This document shows, piece by piece, positions 1 through 10,800 of a stretch of 64,000 nt of DNA. The notes beneath the pieces were generated by a model. It did no database searches and was not told where the DNA came from. It worked only from the letters and a program-made list of their open reading frames with translations. Position numbers and translations under genes: made by a program. Position 1 is the stretch's first letter, and each line of letters starts with the position of its first letter. Source of the DNA: an uncultured Thermodesulfobacteriota bacterium. Its GTDB lineage: Bacteria; Desulfobacterota; B13-G15. The DNA lies in the NCBI GenBank assembly GCA_964611295.1, contig CAZSWV010000002.1, positions 74,988 through 138,987 on the forward strand, written 5' to 3'.

Positions 1-936
1 GAGGTATTCGGCCTCTATATGCAATTGAGTGAATTTCATCAAGCTGAACAAGCCCAAAAGGCAGCAGAATTATTGGGCATTCCCCTTATAGTTTTGGATT
101 ACAGAGAAGAGTTTACAAGATTGATAATCGAGCCCTTTTTATCGGCTTACCTTGTGGGTAGAACTCCCAATCCATGTGTTATGTGCAATGAGTTAATTAA
201 ATTTGATATATTAAAAAATAAAGCTTTAGAAATGGGAGCAGAGTTTTTTGCCACAGGGCATTATGTAAGATTAAAAAACGACAAAGGTATGAATGTAATT
301 CTGAGAGCAGTTGATAGTAACAAAGATCAGTCTTATTTTCTTCATAGATTAGGGCAAAAGCATTTGGAAGGCGTTATTTTTCCGTTGGGCAATTTGGAGA
401 AAGAAGAAGTTTATAAAATAGCTCAAGAATATGGATTCAAAGCAGTAAAGAGCCGTGATGTTTGTTTTATAAAAGGCAATTATAGAGATTTTATAAAGAT
501 GCATGTTGACGACAGTAAAGTAAAGAAGGGTCCTATAATAGATCTTAAAGGTAATATCCTTGGGTGGCACGAAGGCGTTCATTTGTTCACAGTAGGGCAA
601 AGGCATGGATTAGGTATAAAAGCCCCAAAGGCCTATTACGTGGTGAAAATAATCGATGACAAGGTTGTTGTAGGAGATGAAAAAGACCTGTTAGCCAAAA
701 AGGTCATGGCAACTCAAGTTAACTGGATAAGAGGATATCCACCTGCAAAAATTTTCTGGGCCGAAGGACAAATCAGATATAGACAAAAGGCGTCTCCATG
801 TAAAGTAGAAGTTAGAGGGGAAGAAATCTTTTGTGAATTTTTAACACCTCAAAAAGCTATAACACCAGGTCAAGCTTTAGTGCTCTATGCAGGCTGTGAA
901 CTTTTAGGTGGAGGATGGATAAGCGACAGCTTGTGA
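1..936 (+). CDS. mnmA: tRNA-specific 2-thiouridylase MnmA, C-terminal part; the 5' end lies upstream of the window
   Basis: The reading frame is open from base 1. The motif NPCVMCNELIKF and the overall C-terminal sequence are MnmA-like. Confidence 0.8.
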   Translation, partial: EVFGLYMQLSEFHQAEQAQKAAELLGIPLIVLDYREEFTRLIIEPFLSAYLVGRTPNPCVMCNELIKFDILKNKALEMGAEFFATGHYVRLKNDKGMNVILRAVDSNKDQSYFLHRLGQKHLEGVIFPLGNLEKEEVYKIAQEYGFKAVKSRDVCFIKGNYRDFIKMHVDDSKVKKGPIIDLKGNILGWHEGVHLFTVGQRHGLGIKAPKAYYVVKIIDDKVVVGDEKDLLAKKVMATQVNWIRGYPPAKIFWAEGQIRYRQKASPCKVEVRGEEIFCEFLTPQKAITPGQALVLYAGCELLGGGWISDSL

Positions 937-937
937 A

Positions 938-2374
938 TTATTTTTTTACGTATTCTGCTGCATTTTCACCAGCAATGCGTCCTGAGTTAACAGCAAACCC
1001 CATGGTATTTCCAGGAAGTATAAACACATAAGTATCAGCATTAATTGTATTAGCATCTGTTCCTGCAGCGTACAATCCTTTTATCAATTGATTGTCTTTG
1101 TCAACCACTTCGCACTTATAGTTGATACTTATTCCCCCTAAACTTCCATATCCGCCTAAAGCTAACTTGCCTGCGTAAAATTTCGGTTTCTTAATAGGTC
1201 TTAGGTAACGTGTGTTTTTATTAAAATCTGGGTCAAAACCTTTTTCACAATAATAATTGTACTTTTCCAATTGTTCTTTTAAACCATCCATGTCTATGCC
1301 GGTTTTCTCTGCTAACTCTTCTATAGAATCGCAAATAAATATTACGTCTTTTATTCCTCTTTTAAAGCAGTTTTCGATTAAAATTTCAAAGTTATTCAAT
1401 TTAAAAAATGGAAAAGGTACATGAATAAAATCAAATCCTACATTTTCCATATGCTGTTTTATGTTTTCGTCAAATATCATATAGGCTATTTTATTGGGCT
1501 GATTGAATATAGCATTGGCTACAAAAGTGGAATTGAAAATAATCCCCTCGTTTATGAATCGTTGACCTTTTAAATTTACGAGTAAATGTGGTTGTCGAAA
1601 AGCCTCGGCTAATTGAGGATGTACTTCCCCTGGCATTATGTAGATCAATTGCATAGTAATTTTTGTAGGTTTTGCACCTATTTCCCATGCCATGCGGATG
1701 CCATCTCCGTCTATACCCGCTACCCTGAAGGAAAATAGGTCTTTGCCCCATTCCAAGCCAGTATGTTGTTTGATCATATGGGGATTATTACCGCATCCTC
1801 CTGTAGCGATTATCACTGCTTTAGCCTTTACCATTATTTCGCCGTCTTGATTTTCAGCCACACATCCTGTGATTTTATCCTTTTCTTTTACAAGACGTTT
1901 AACAGGCGTGTTAAAGTAAAATTGCACTCCGAGCTTTTTCGCATAAAGGGTCATCTTTTTAAACATATTCGCAGCACAGCCAGGTCCTCCACCAGGTTTT
2001 ACTATATGCCAAGTTGGCCACCCTCCTGGGAAATATGCCATTGGTTCTAGGAATTCAACTCCCATACTTTCAAGCCATTCTATTGTATCCGCAGACTTTT
2101 CTATGTAGGTTCTGACTAAAAGGGCATCAACACGCCAGTGGGTAAATTCCATAAACACTCTAAAAGCGTCTTCTTTAGAAGGTCCCATTTGACGTAATTT
2201 CTGATGTCTGCTTTCAACGGCAAATAACCCCATTCCCATATTTCCAGTTCCGCCAGTAGTTTTACCTTTTTCAAATACAGACACCTGAACCCCTTTTTCA
2301 GCAGCTGCAATGGCAGCACTTAGCCCTGCTGCACCAGCTCCAATTACTGCTACATCAGTTTCAATCGTACGCAT
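938..2374 (-). CDS. FAD-dependent oxidoreductase of the fumarate reductase / 3-ketosteroid dehydrogenase / TcuA flavoprotein family
   Basis: N-terminal dinucleotide-binding motif DVAVIGAGAAGLSAA, length 478 aa, FAD_binding_2-like layout. Confidence 0.7.
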   Translation of the reverse strand: MRTIETDVAVIGAGAAGLSAAIAAAEKGVQVSVFEKGKTTGGTGNMGMGLFAVESRHQKLRQMGPSKEDAFRVFMEFTHWRVDALLVRTYIEKSADTIEWLESMGVEFLEPMAYFPGGWPTWHIVKPGGGPGCAANMFKKMTLYAKKLGVQFYFNTPVKRLVKEKDKITGCVAENQDGEIMVKAKAVIIATGGCGNNPHMIKQHTGLEWGKDLFSFRVAGIDGDGIRMAWEIGAKPTKITMQLIYIMPGEVHPQLAEAFRQPHLLVNLKGQRFINEGIIFNSTFVANAIFNQPNKIAYMIFDENIKQHMENVGFDFIHVPFPFFKLNNFEILIENCFKRGIKDVIFICDSIEELAEKTGIDMDGLKEQLEKYNYYCEKGFDPDFNKNTRYLRPIKKPKFYAGKLALGGYGSLGGISINYKCEVVDKDNQLIKGLYAAGTDANTINADTYVFILPGNTMGFAVNSGRIAGENAAEYVKK

Positions 2375-2386
2375 CTTTTTCCTCTT

Positions 2387-4453
2387 TTAATATTCAGCCC
2401 AAAATTTGATATTTGGGATACGTAACCTACTATCACATTGCAAACACCGACTAGCTTCCCTTTTAACTTCCTCTTCAGATGTTTCTTCTTTGATATCTAC
2501 CCTAGGAAGGTTTGCAAATTCTGGAATTTTTGCAAAAACAAATTTAGGTACCCTTTCTATATCCCTAAAGGGTATTTTTATCCCTAAATACTTGGCTATT
2601 GCGTAAGCAGCTTTTCTACCTTGACCGCAAGCATCTGATACACTTCTCATGCCATATACGACATCTCCACACGCAAAGACTCCCTCTTTTGATGTAAGGA
2701 AAGTATGAGGATCTATTTCCAATGTGCCATTGTTTTTTATCTTTAACCCAAAACTATCAGGGACTTCTGGCAATTGTCCAATGGCAAAAATAACGGTGTC
2801 ACAAATAACCTTCACTGTTTCTTTCTGAGGATACAACACCTTTATCTCTCCGTTTTCAAAAAGAAACCCCTCTATTTTTTGGAATATCATTTCCCATTTA
2901 TGGTTTTTTGCTATGATTTCCTTTAAATACAGTCGCGTATTAATTTTCACCTCTTTTGATTCTAATGCCTCTATTTCTTCCCTTCCCCATGTAAGCTCAG
3001 TTTTATCTTCTAAGCAGAATAGACTTACCGCTTTTGCTCCCAATCTTTTGGCAGTGAGGGCACAATCTACAGCTGATAGCCCTCCACCTATTACCACCAC
3101 GCTATCGCCTATTGTGAATTTTTCGCCTAAATTGAATTTTCTTAGAAAATCAACAGCCGTGTACAGCCCAGCAAGCCCCCGTGGAACACCTTTAGGCCAT
3201 ACGGGTTTGTTTGCCCCTATGGCTATAAGGATTGCTGAGAAGCCCTGTTCTTTTAAAGTTTCTAATTCCAAAACTTCGTGATTCAATTTAACATCTACCC
3301 CTGAACGGATTATAGCCTCAATTTCAGAATCAAGTATTTCACGAGGTAACCTAAAATAAGGAATGGCCACCCTCATCATTCCTCCTAGCGATACCTCCTT
3401 CTCAAATACGGTTACTTCAAGATTTAACTTAGTTAAAAAGTAAGCTGCAGTAAGTCCTGAAGGTCCTCCTCCTATTATTGCGATCTTTTTCTTTTTATTC
3501 CCTACGCGTGGAATTCTCTTCTTGTTTTCATGGTTTACATTTAACGTTTCGTCTAACATCTTAAGGGCGTAAAATTTAAGCCCTTTTATAGCAACTGATT
3601 CATTAACGTAGCCTCTTCTGCAACTTTTTTCACATGGACGATGACAAATATAAGAAAGTACTCTTGAAAAAGGGCTTTTATCTTTAAGTACTTTTACAGC
3701 TTTATAATAATTACCTTCTTTTATATGCCTTATGAACTCTGGAATATTAATCTCTAAAGGGCACGCTTCTTTACACGGTGTACTTTTTTTCTTTATATTT
3801 TGGATTGGCGTTTCTTTTTCTCTTATTGCAGCAGTAGGACATACTTCTACACAAGTACCACAGAAAATGCACCCTTCCTCTTTCAACGTTTTTCCAGAGT
3901 TGGTATACACATATTTATACCCATCTGTTTCTTTTACATCAAGTACGCCAATCCCTCTTAGTTCCCTGCATGCACGTACACATCTTTTACAAACTACACA
4001 CTTTGTAGGTTCAAATAATATCAAAGGGTTCTCATCAATTACAGGAAGAGGCTTTACAGGATAAGTCAGCAGTTCTTCTTGATTAACTCCAATAAACTGT
4101 TTTAAAGATTGCAATTCGCAGTTTAGATACTTGGGACAACCTATGCATTCATGAGGGTGACCTTTTAATAATTCTGTGAGTTTCTTTTTACGTATTAAAT
4201 AAATTTCTTCATCGTTTGTCAAGATGGACATGTTCTCTTGAACTTGGATACTACAGGAATTCTGTAATCCATCTATCCCTTTTATTTTAACTACACAAAG
4301 TCCACACTCTTCAATAGTAGAAACAATTGGGTGATAACATAAGTGTGGTATATAAATGCCCGCACTTAGCGCTGCCTCAAGTACTGTTGTTCCCTCATAA
4401 GTTTCGATTATATTACCATCAATCAGCAATTTAACTCTTCGCCTGTTGGGCAT
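2387..4453 (-). CDS. Fe-S flavoprotein: NuoG/FdhA-like N-terminus (2Fe-2S, His-ligated cluster, two 4Fe-4S motifs) fused to a GltD-like FAD/NAD(P)H oxidoreductase domain
   Basis: PHLCYHP...CGLCVV, HPHECIGCP, CVVCKRCVRAC...CIFCGTCVEVCP, then IAIIGGGPSGLTAAYFL and a second Rossmann motif. Confidence 0.7.
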   Translation of the reverse strand: MPNRRRVKLLIDGNIIETYEGTTVLEAALSAGIYIPHLCYHPIVSTIEECGLCVVKIKGIDGLQNSCSIQVQENMSILTNDEEIYLIRKKKLTELLKGHPHECIGCPKYLNCELQSLKQFIGVNQEELLTYPVKPLPVIDENPLILFEPTKCVVCKRCVRACRELRGIGVLDVKETDGYKYVYTNSGKTLKEEGCIFCGTCVEVCPTAAIREKETPIQNIKKKSTPCKEACPLEINIPEFIRHIKEGNYYKAVKVLKDKSPFSRVLSYICHRPCEKSCRRGYVNESVAIKGLKFYALKMLDETLNVNHENKKRIPRVGNKKKKIAIIGGGPSGLTAAYFLTKLNLEVTVFEKEVSLGGMMRVAIPYFRLPREILDSEIEAIIRSGVDVKLNHEVLELETLKEQGFSAILIAIGANKPVWPKGVPRGLAGLYTAVDFLRKFNLGEKFTIGDSVVVIGGGLSAVDCALTAKRLGAKAVSLFCLEDKTELTWGREEIEALESKEVKINTRLYLKEIIAKNHKWEMIFQKIEGFLFENGEIKVLYPQKETVKVICDTVIFAIGQLPEVPDSFGLKIKNNGTLEIDPHTFLTSKEGVFACGDVVYGMRSVSDACGQGRKAAYAIAKYLGIKIPFRDIERVPKFVFAKIPEFANLPRVDIKEETSEEEVKREASRCLQCDSRLRIPNIKFWAEY

Positions 4454-5042
4454 ATCTTATCTTGTCTCCTTTGTGTTCAATGCGGAAACAGAAAAAGGGA
4501 TTTGCGTTTGGGTCCTTTACTACTTGCCATATCTTAAATAAAGAGGGAAGGAAACGTCCTAGATTTGTCATTTCCTCTCTGCTGTGTTTCATCCACGCTT
4601 TTATTGTCTCAGGAGCTTCTGGGATTAAAGAAATAGCATATGAAGTACCTCGAACTCCGAAATCGGTTTTTTCCCATTGATGAATTCTATAGGAAATAGG
4701 TGGATTATCTTCTCGGAAATCCGCTTCGGTAAGTGATATACATGCAGCCACAAGGACATGGTCGTACTTAAGGAGCCCTTTAAGATCGTCTGATAAATTT
4801 GAAACGTCTTCCCACCTTATGTAAGGGGTTATCTCGTTACCATCCCAAACTTGAGGAGCTACATGAATAGCCCCAATTACGGAATGGCCTACCGGTTTTT
4901 TGATCCACTCGAAGCCTTTGTGGTCCTTGGGATGCCAAAGGAGGAAACCTTTATCCAAGTTACAGAACCACCAATCAAGCATTTCAGCTGTAATGCCTTT
5001 CAATTTCCAGGAGACTGAAGGCCATTTTCCTTCATCTTTCAT
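4431..5042 (-). CDS. Hypothetical protein of 203 aa inside the redox operon
   Basis: Long ORF packed between neighbouring genes on the same strand. I recognise no family. Confidence 0.5.
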   Translation of the reverse strand: MKDEGKWPSVSWKLKGITAEMLDWWFCNLDKGFLLWHPKDHKGFEWIKKPVGHSVIGAIHVAPQVWDGNEITPYIRWEDVSNLSDDLKGLLKYDHVLVAACISLTEADFREDNPPISYRIHQWEKTDFGVRGTSYAISLIPEAPETIKAWMKHSREEMTNLGRFLPSLFKIWQVVKDPNANPFFCFRIEHKGDKIRYAQQAKS

Positions 5043-5080
5043 GTTTCAACTCCTTTTTACTTTTTGCTTTTAAATCTCGA

Positions 5081-5593
5081 TCACCATAATCCTGTAGGAG
5101 GACCTCCCCCTGGAAGCCCTAATCGTTCGGTCCATGTCATGAGACTTATCTTCCAACGTCCTTTCTCTCGTACGTATTCATTGCGATAGTAACCTTGCAC
5201 CCAAAATAGCGATTGACCTGTTCTCGGGTACATGTACATCAGGTAAAGAAGCCACCTTCCTTTCGCTTTATCACCACTTACCTCAATTATAGGATGCACT
5301 ACAAAGTCCCCTTCTTTGCCTGCATGGGTTTTTGAAAGTTCTTCTTTAAACCATCTTCTAATAGCTTCTTTACCATGAACTGGTTCGTGTAGATACACGT
5401 TTACTGTTGCATCTTCAGCAAAACATTCAGCACATTCATCCCACTCAGTACATATCAATGCATCAACATACTTATGTTGTAACTCACGTATTTCATCTTT
5501 ATCTTCTAAAACTTGCAACCTTTGTTCAAGTTTTTTTATTTTTTCTTCAAGTTCAACAATCCTTTTCTCAAGTTCTTCCAATGTGCGTCCCAT
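5081..5593 (-). CDS. NTF2-like (SnoaL / ketosteroid-isomerase / BaiE-like fold) protein with an N-terminal coiled coil
   Basis: The start was moved to the internal ATG that follows AAAGGAGG. EELEKRIVELEEKIKKLEQR is a coiled coil, followed by an NTF2-like C-terminus. Confidence 0.55.
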   Translation of the reverse strand: MGRTLEELEKRIVELEEKIKKLEQRLQVLEDKDEIRELQHKYVDALICTEWDECAECFAEDATVNVYLHEPVHGKEAIRRWFKEELSKTHAGKEGDFVVHPIIEVSGDKAKGRWLLYLMYMYPRTGQSLFWVQGYYRNEYVREKGRWKISLMTWTERLGLPGGGPPTGLW

Positions 5594-5618
5594 ATTAATT
5601 CCTCCTTTTTTGAAAAAT

Positions 5619-7715
5619 TTATATTTTTCTTGCAGTTTCCCAAGCACTCGCTATAGCATCTACAATTAATGAAGGCTCTTTGCAATCACCTATTACATAA
5701 ATTTCTTTGGCAAAGTTTTTAAATATCTCCACCAATTCCTCATTAGGCATCATCGGAGCTAACGGTATAACAGTATCGGCTTCTAACAAAAGTCTGTCAC
5801 CGTTTTTTTCAATAATAACCCCTTTATTTGTTATTTCTAACACCTTCGCATTATTGTATATACTTACGCCCTTTTTGTTAAACCACTCTAAAAGCAATGC
5901 AAGACGGAAATCTACTACACCTTGTCCTATTTTTTCTCCTTCTTCTACAATTGTAACCTGCCTTCCTCTTTTTACAAGAAACTCTGCAATCTCACATCCT
6001 TGCAAGTTGCCTCCTATTATCACTACCCTTTTGCCGATAGGAATCCATATTTTTGTCAATAAATACAACAAACGTGGCCCAAAAATTTTTAGATATTTCT
6101 TGGCCTGCTTATGTAAAATGTCACTTGTTAGCACTATTTTACTATCAATCCCTTTAATTTGTGGTGTAACGATTTTTCCACCAGCAGCAATTATTAGAAC
6201 ATCAGGACTTAATTTTTTGATCAGTTCAATATCGGCTTTTTTGTTGGTTATAACATTAACTTTTAGTCTTTTAAGTTGAGTTTTATAATATTTAACTATG
6301 CTAAGTACATCTTCTGGAGTAGGACCTTTGACTAAGAAGGCTAGATCAAGAAGACCTCCTATTTTGGGTTCTTTTTCGATAAGGGTAACTTCATGTCCCC
6401 TTAAAGCCGATATCCTCGCTGCTTCCATTCCTGCTGGTCCTGCTCCTATTATTACTACTTTTTTTCTATCTCTTGAGGTCTCTATTGTTGGGTCTTCCTT
6501 TCCCATTGCGGCATTTATCCTACATCGTCTTTCCATACCTTTGCTTTGGTCAAGACAAGTACCACAAGCTGTGCAGGGTGCTATTTCATCTTCTCGACCT
6601 TCGGCAAGTTTACGGGGCAATTCTGGATCTGCCAAGAGCCGCCTGTTCATAGCTATAAAATCTGCTTTGCCCTCCCTTAGGGCTTTTTCGCCCAAATCAG
6701 GGTCCATTTTCCCTACAAGGATGATGGGGATCTTCAAGTATTTCTTTAATTGAGCTGCCAGGAGTATATTCGCCGCTTTACCGTGGAGTTTGGCGTAATA
6801 AAGGCTAGGGAAGTCTTTCACTGGGGGTTCAGGATAAAAGAAATAATCTGGTAAAAAACCGCCTACATGATAGCCCAACCAGTGGCTTCTTACATGAAGG
6901 GCATCTGCTCCCGCTTCTTCTAACAAAAGGGCGATTTTTTTGGCTTCTTCAAAGGTTAAACATTTGTCATCTTGTACCCCAAAAGCGCGTCCTAATTCAA
7001 TGGCGTTCATAATAACAGAAACGGCAAAATCCTTTCCTGCTCTGTTTTTAATTTCTTTAATGGTGTTGATTAAAATCCTAGCTCGATTTTCGGTACTACC
7101 TCCATAATCATCTTCTCGTCTATTCCAAAAAGGTGACAAGAAGTTGTGAAAAAGATGACTACTAGCGGCATTTATCTCGACTCCATCAAATCCTGCTTTC
7201 TTTGCACGAAGAGCCGCCTGTGCAAATTTATCTATAATTTCTTCAATTTCGGATATCGTTAACTTACGAGGCAAATCCCGATGGAAATCCAACGGTGTAT
7301 CCAACTTTATTGGATATGACCCTACAGGAGGACCTTCATAAAGAGGCGGCACATCAGGAAAAAGAGGATTTTGCCAAGGTCCGTCATGCCAAAGCAACAA
7401 GAAAGTAGGACAATCGTGTTTATGGATCACTTCCACGAGTTCCTTTAAACCGTCTATAAACCTGTCATCATCAAGACGATAGCGCTGAGGCCATCTTCCT
7501 CCCAAGGGATAATCCACAATAGGCGATTCCACAACTAATAAGCCAACCCCTCCTTTTGCAAAAGCTTCATAAAACGCTTTAACTTTTGGGTTCATTTTCA
7601 AGTCGTCCTTATGCCAATAATTCATAGCGGCTCCTGTTTTTATGATCCTATTCCTAGTCTTGACCTTCCCTATGTACCCAGGTTCTAAGAGTTTTTTATA
7701 TCGTGACATTAACAC
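5619..7715 (-). CDS. NADH:flavin oxidoreductase of the Old Yellow Enzyme / 2,4-dienoyl-CoA reductase (FadH / BaiCD / enoate reductase) family, with 4Fe-4S and a C-terminal FAD/NAD domain
   Basis: OYE-like N-terminus, the cluster motif CTACGTC...C, then VVIIGAGPAGMEAA and a second Rossmann motif. AAGGAGG precedes the ATG. Confidence 0.8.
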   Translation of the reverse strand: MLMSRYKKLLEPGYIGKVKTRNRIIKTGAAMNYWHKDDLKMNPKVKAFYEAFAKGGVGLLVVESPIVDYPLGGRWPQRYRLDDDRFIDGLKELVEVIHKHDCPTFLLLWHDGPWQNPLFPDVPPLYEGPPVGSYPIKLDTPLDFHRDLPRKLTISEIEEIIDKFAQAALRAKKAGFDGVEINAASSHLFHNFLSPFWNRREDDYGGSTENRARILINTIKEIKNRAGKDFAVSVIMNAIELGRAFGVQDDKCLTFEEAKKIALLLEEAGADALHVRSHWLGYHVGGFLPDYFFYPEPPVKDFPSLYYAKLHGKAANILLAAQLKKYLKIPIILVGKMDPDLGEKALREGKADFIAMNRRLLADPELPRKLAEGREDEIAPCTACGTCLDQSKGMERRCRINAAMGKEDPTIETSRDRKKVVIIGAGPAGMEAARISALRGHEVTLIEKEPKIGGLLDLAFLVKGPTPEDVLSIVKYYKTQLKRLKVNVITNKKADIELIKKLSPDVLIIAAGGKIVTPQIKGIDSKIVLTSDILHKQAKKYLKIFGPRLLYLLTKIWIPIGKRVVIIGGNLQGCEIAEFLVKRGRQVTIVEEGEKIGQGVVDFRLALLLEWFNKKGVSIYNNAKVLEITNKGVIIEKNGDRLLLEADTVIPLAPMMPNEELVEIFKNFAKEIYVIGDCKEPSLIVDAIASAWETARKI

Positions 7716-7867
7716 CTCCTTGACTCACAAGTTCACCTTTAAGGTGTCACAACATTCATGCCAACTGGATTAAAAGTCAAAAAGCCCAAAGGATACAGAA
7801 ACGAGTGAGGACATTTTGGCAACATTTTGCTGAAACGACCAATATCTGACTTCCTGAAAAGCCCTTT

Positions 7868-10800
7868 CTAAATGAGGCCTTCTGGAGAGGGACGCTTAAT
7901 GCCTAACTTCTTCATCTTAAAACGCAAAGTGCTCGGTTTTACCTTAAGGATAGTAGCAGCCCCCTTTGGGCCACTTATCCTCCAACCAGTTAGCTGTAAT
8001 ACTTTTTCTATATGTTCTTTCTCAACATCTGCTAGCGCTTTAAGAGGAGAAGAAACCTCCTCACCCTTGGAGGGCCTCTCTTCTCCAATTGTAAACTTCA
8101 CACTATACCCATTCGAAAGGATAACCGCCCTTTCAATGGTGTGTTTTAATTCTCTTACGTTACCAGGCCAATGGTAATCCAGTAATTTCTTTAACTCTAT
8201 CTGAGGAATGTTTTTTATCTTTTTGCCATATTTTTCACAGAACTTTTTCAAAAAGTGATTAACAAGGGGTATTATATCTTCCTTCCTCTCCCTAAGGGGC
8301 GGTATGTAAATTGGGAACACATTCAAGCGATAATACAAGTCCTGCCTAAAGGTTCCCTTTTTCACTTCTTCCCAAAGGTTTTTATTTGTAGCAGCTATTA
8401 TCCTAAAGTTTGACCTTATGGGCTTTGCTCCTCCTAGTCTCGTAAAAGTACCCTCCTCTAATACCCTCAACAATTTAACTTGAATGCTTAAAGGCAAATC
8501 ACCTATCTCATCGAAGAAAATCGTACCTCCATCAGCTAACTCCAATAAGCCCCTTTGTCTTTCATAAGCACCTGTAAAAGCTCCTTTTTCATGCCCAAAA
8601 AGTTCACTTGCAATTAATTCTTGAGGGATAGCTGCAAGATTGACCGCAATAAAAGGACCATTCCTTCTATCGCTGAGGTTATGAATAGTGCGAGCTACTA
8701 ATTCCTTTCCTACACCAGTTTCTCCTAATATGAGAACAGTGGCATCAGTTAACGCTACTTGTTTAATTTGCTCTATGATCGTTTTTATTGCTTGAGATTC
8801 TCCTATAATTGCAATTTTTTCTTTTTGTTCACTATTGTCAACAGTATATTCATTAAACGCAACACATAACATGTTATTAGCAGAGACTTCTTGTAAATAC
8901 AGGTTTGTAACAGCCAAAGAAACAAAAGCACATAGCATTCTTATGAAAGCTATAGTATCAGTTGAAAATTCTTCTTGGTCAATTTTTCCTTCTAGATATA
9001 GACAACCGCTTCGTTTAGCATCTAGCTTTATAGGCATACAAATGATAGGTTCTTTTAAATCGTCACGTGGAGACAATACTAATTCATATTCGTTTCGAAT
9101 CAAATCTAGGAAATTAATAGAGGATTTATCTTTGTTAAAAGAATAAGGATCTTTATTCCTGCTCACGAGAACTTTAATTTCGCCTTCTTCTTCGCTTAAC
9201 ACTGCCCCACGCATTGCGAGTGATATGTCCATTGCAACGTTTAATGCCTTTTCTAAAAACGAAGGTATTTCTCTTGCTGTTCGCAGTGCTTCGTTTAGTT
9301 TGATTATTCTATTCAATGTGACCTCAACCCTTTGATCGTCTGAAACCCATCCGACAAGGTCCTCTGGAAAAAGTCTGGGATCAATAGACGAAAGGACCTC
9401 CCAGGCTTTCTTTAAATAACCTTTGGCCTTTTTGATTTCACCTTTTTTCATGAAGTACCGGCCTAGTGATATCCAGGTACGGGACAGTTCAATCTGCGCG
9501 CCCGAATACCGCAGGTATCTTTCGCTACTCAAAAAATATTCCAAGGCTTTTTCATCTCCGGCTTCTAAATGTTTCAAACCCCTGTACCTAAGCGCAACGC
9601 CCTTCACAAAAAGATCGTCATACGAAAGCGCTTGTTCTATAAGGGATTCCAAATTGAAATCAGGGATTTCATAACCTGCCCTTTCTAAAATATACAAAGT
9701 TTCAAACAACCAAGGATAAAAAGTCAAAACTCTTCGTTTTTCACTTTTAAACTGGAAAGCCTTCTTTAGAAGAGCTTGGGCTTCTTTGTAGTTCTCGTAT
9801 AAAGTTTCTAAATAAGCCTTATGTATTAACACACCCCAGTAAAGGATATCTCCCAGGTCTTCCTGAGCTATGTTTAAAAGGTTTTCTAAGGATTTTTTAG
9901 CATCTTCTATTCTGTTAAGCGAAAAATAAGATATTACTTCTGCTTGGTGACAATAATTTACCACTTGACTATAGTTGAGCCTTTTGGCTTTTTCCTTAAC
10001 TGCTTCAATCATTCCTAATCCTCGCGAGACTCTCCCACACAATACAAGGCTAAAACCGATTAATTGAGTAGCCATCAATGCGTTCTCGTCTTCTTCGAAT
10101 TCCTCTATTTCATTGAGCAACTTTTCATAACACGCAATAGCTTCCTTAAACTTTCCTTTCCAGACGTAATATTCGCTCAAACAATGAGAGGAAAGCTTGA
10201 TTTCTTCGTTTTCTTCTAATAAATTAGCTAAATTCAAAAAACGCTCTATGTATTCTGAGGCTTCTGTGTACCATCCTATATCTTGAAAGGCTCTTCCTAA
10301 CTTAAGGCAAATTAATGCAAGTTTACTTTGGAAATTGTACATTTCTGCTAGTTCTTTTGCCTTTTGCAGTAAATGAATCTGATCTTGAGGTTGCATGCGA
10401 TGCATCAAAACATAAGCTTTCGCTATAGCACTGTCGACAAATAAAGAAGCTTCTTCTGCAGATTTTGGGTTATGTTTGGCAAAATGTTCTAAAATATAAT
10501 CGTAATAAGTAATTGATGAAAGTTTATCGTGGCTCTTGAGTAATAGATCAGCTGCCTCTTTTATTATTTTTAAACCTTCAATTGTTGGCAGTACTTTTTT
10601 AAATAGATCGGCCAAAGCCAGGGTTTTTCTTTCATAAGGTATCATCGCTTCTTTGTAATGATTTATTAACTTTTCTATAATATCAGCAACGTCTTCCAGG
10701 GGTATGGAATCTCTAAGTTCATTTAAACATGAAGGTTGCTTCAGAGAAAAAAGACCCCGTCCCGCTTCTTTGTGTTCTACCACCAACCCCCTTCGCCTTA

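Noticed and set aside
349-606. Short antisense and alternative-frame ORFs from the six-frame track inside long genes. Examples: 349-606, 1491-1751, 1763-2050, 2116-2319, 2406-2606, 2913-3281, 3732-4064, 5707-6279, 6298-6753, 7872-8177, 8835-9146, 17761-18256, 20300-20752, 31045-32196, 33461-33712, 38576-39109, 40988-41434, 54061-54666, 60010-60401, 61392-61607.
   Set aside because: Each lies entirely within, and antisense to or out of frame with, a long ORF that has clear homology. None has its own ribosome-binding site or recognisable domains, and the AT-rich composition produces such ORFs by chance.
7815-7832. A plus-strand TGGCAACATTTTGCT sigma-54-like motif.
   Set aside because: The GG-GC spacing is 9 nt rather than 10, and it points into the antisense strand of the bEBP gene. 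No plus-strand gene lies downstream.
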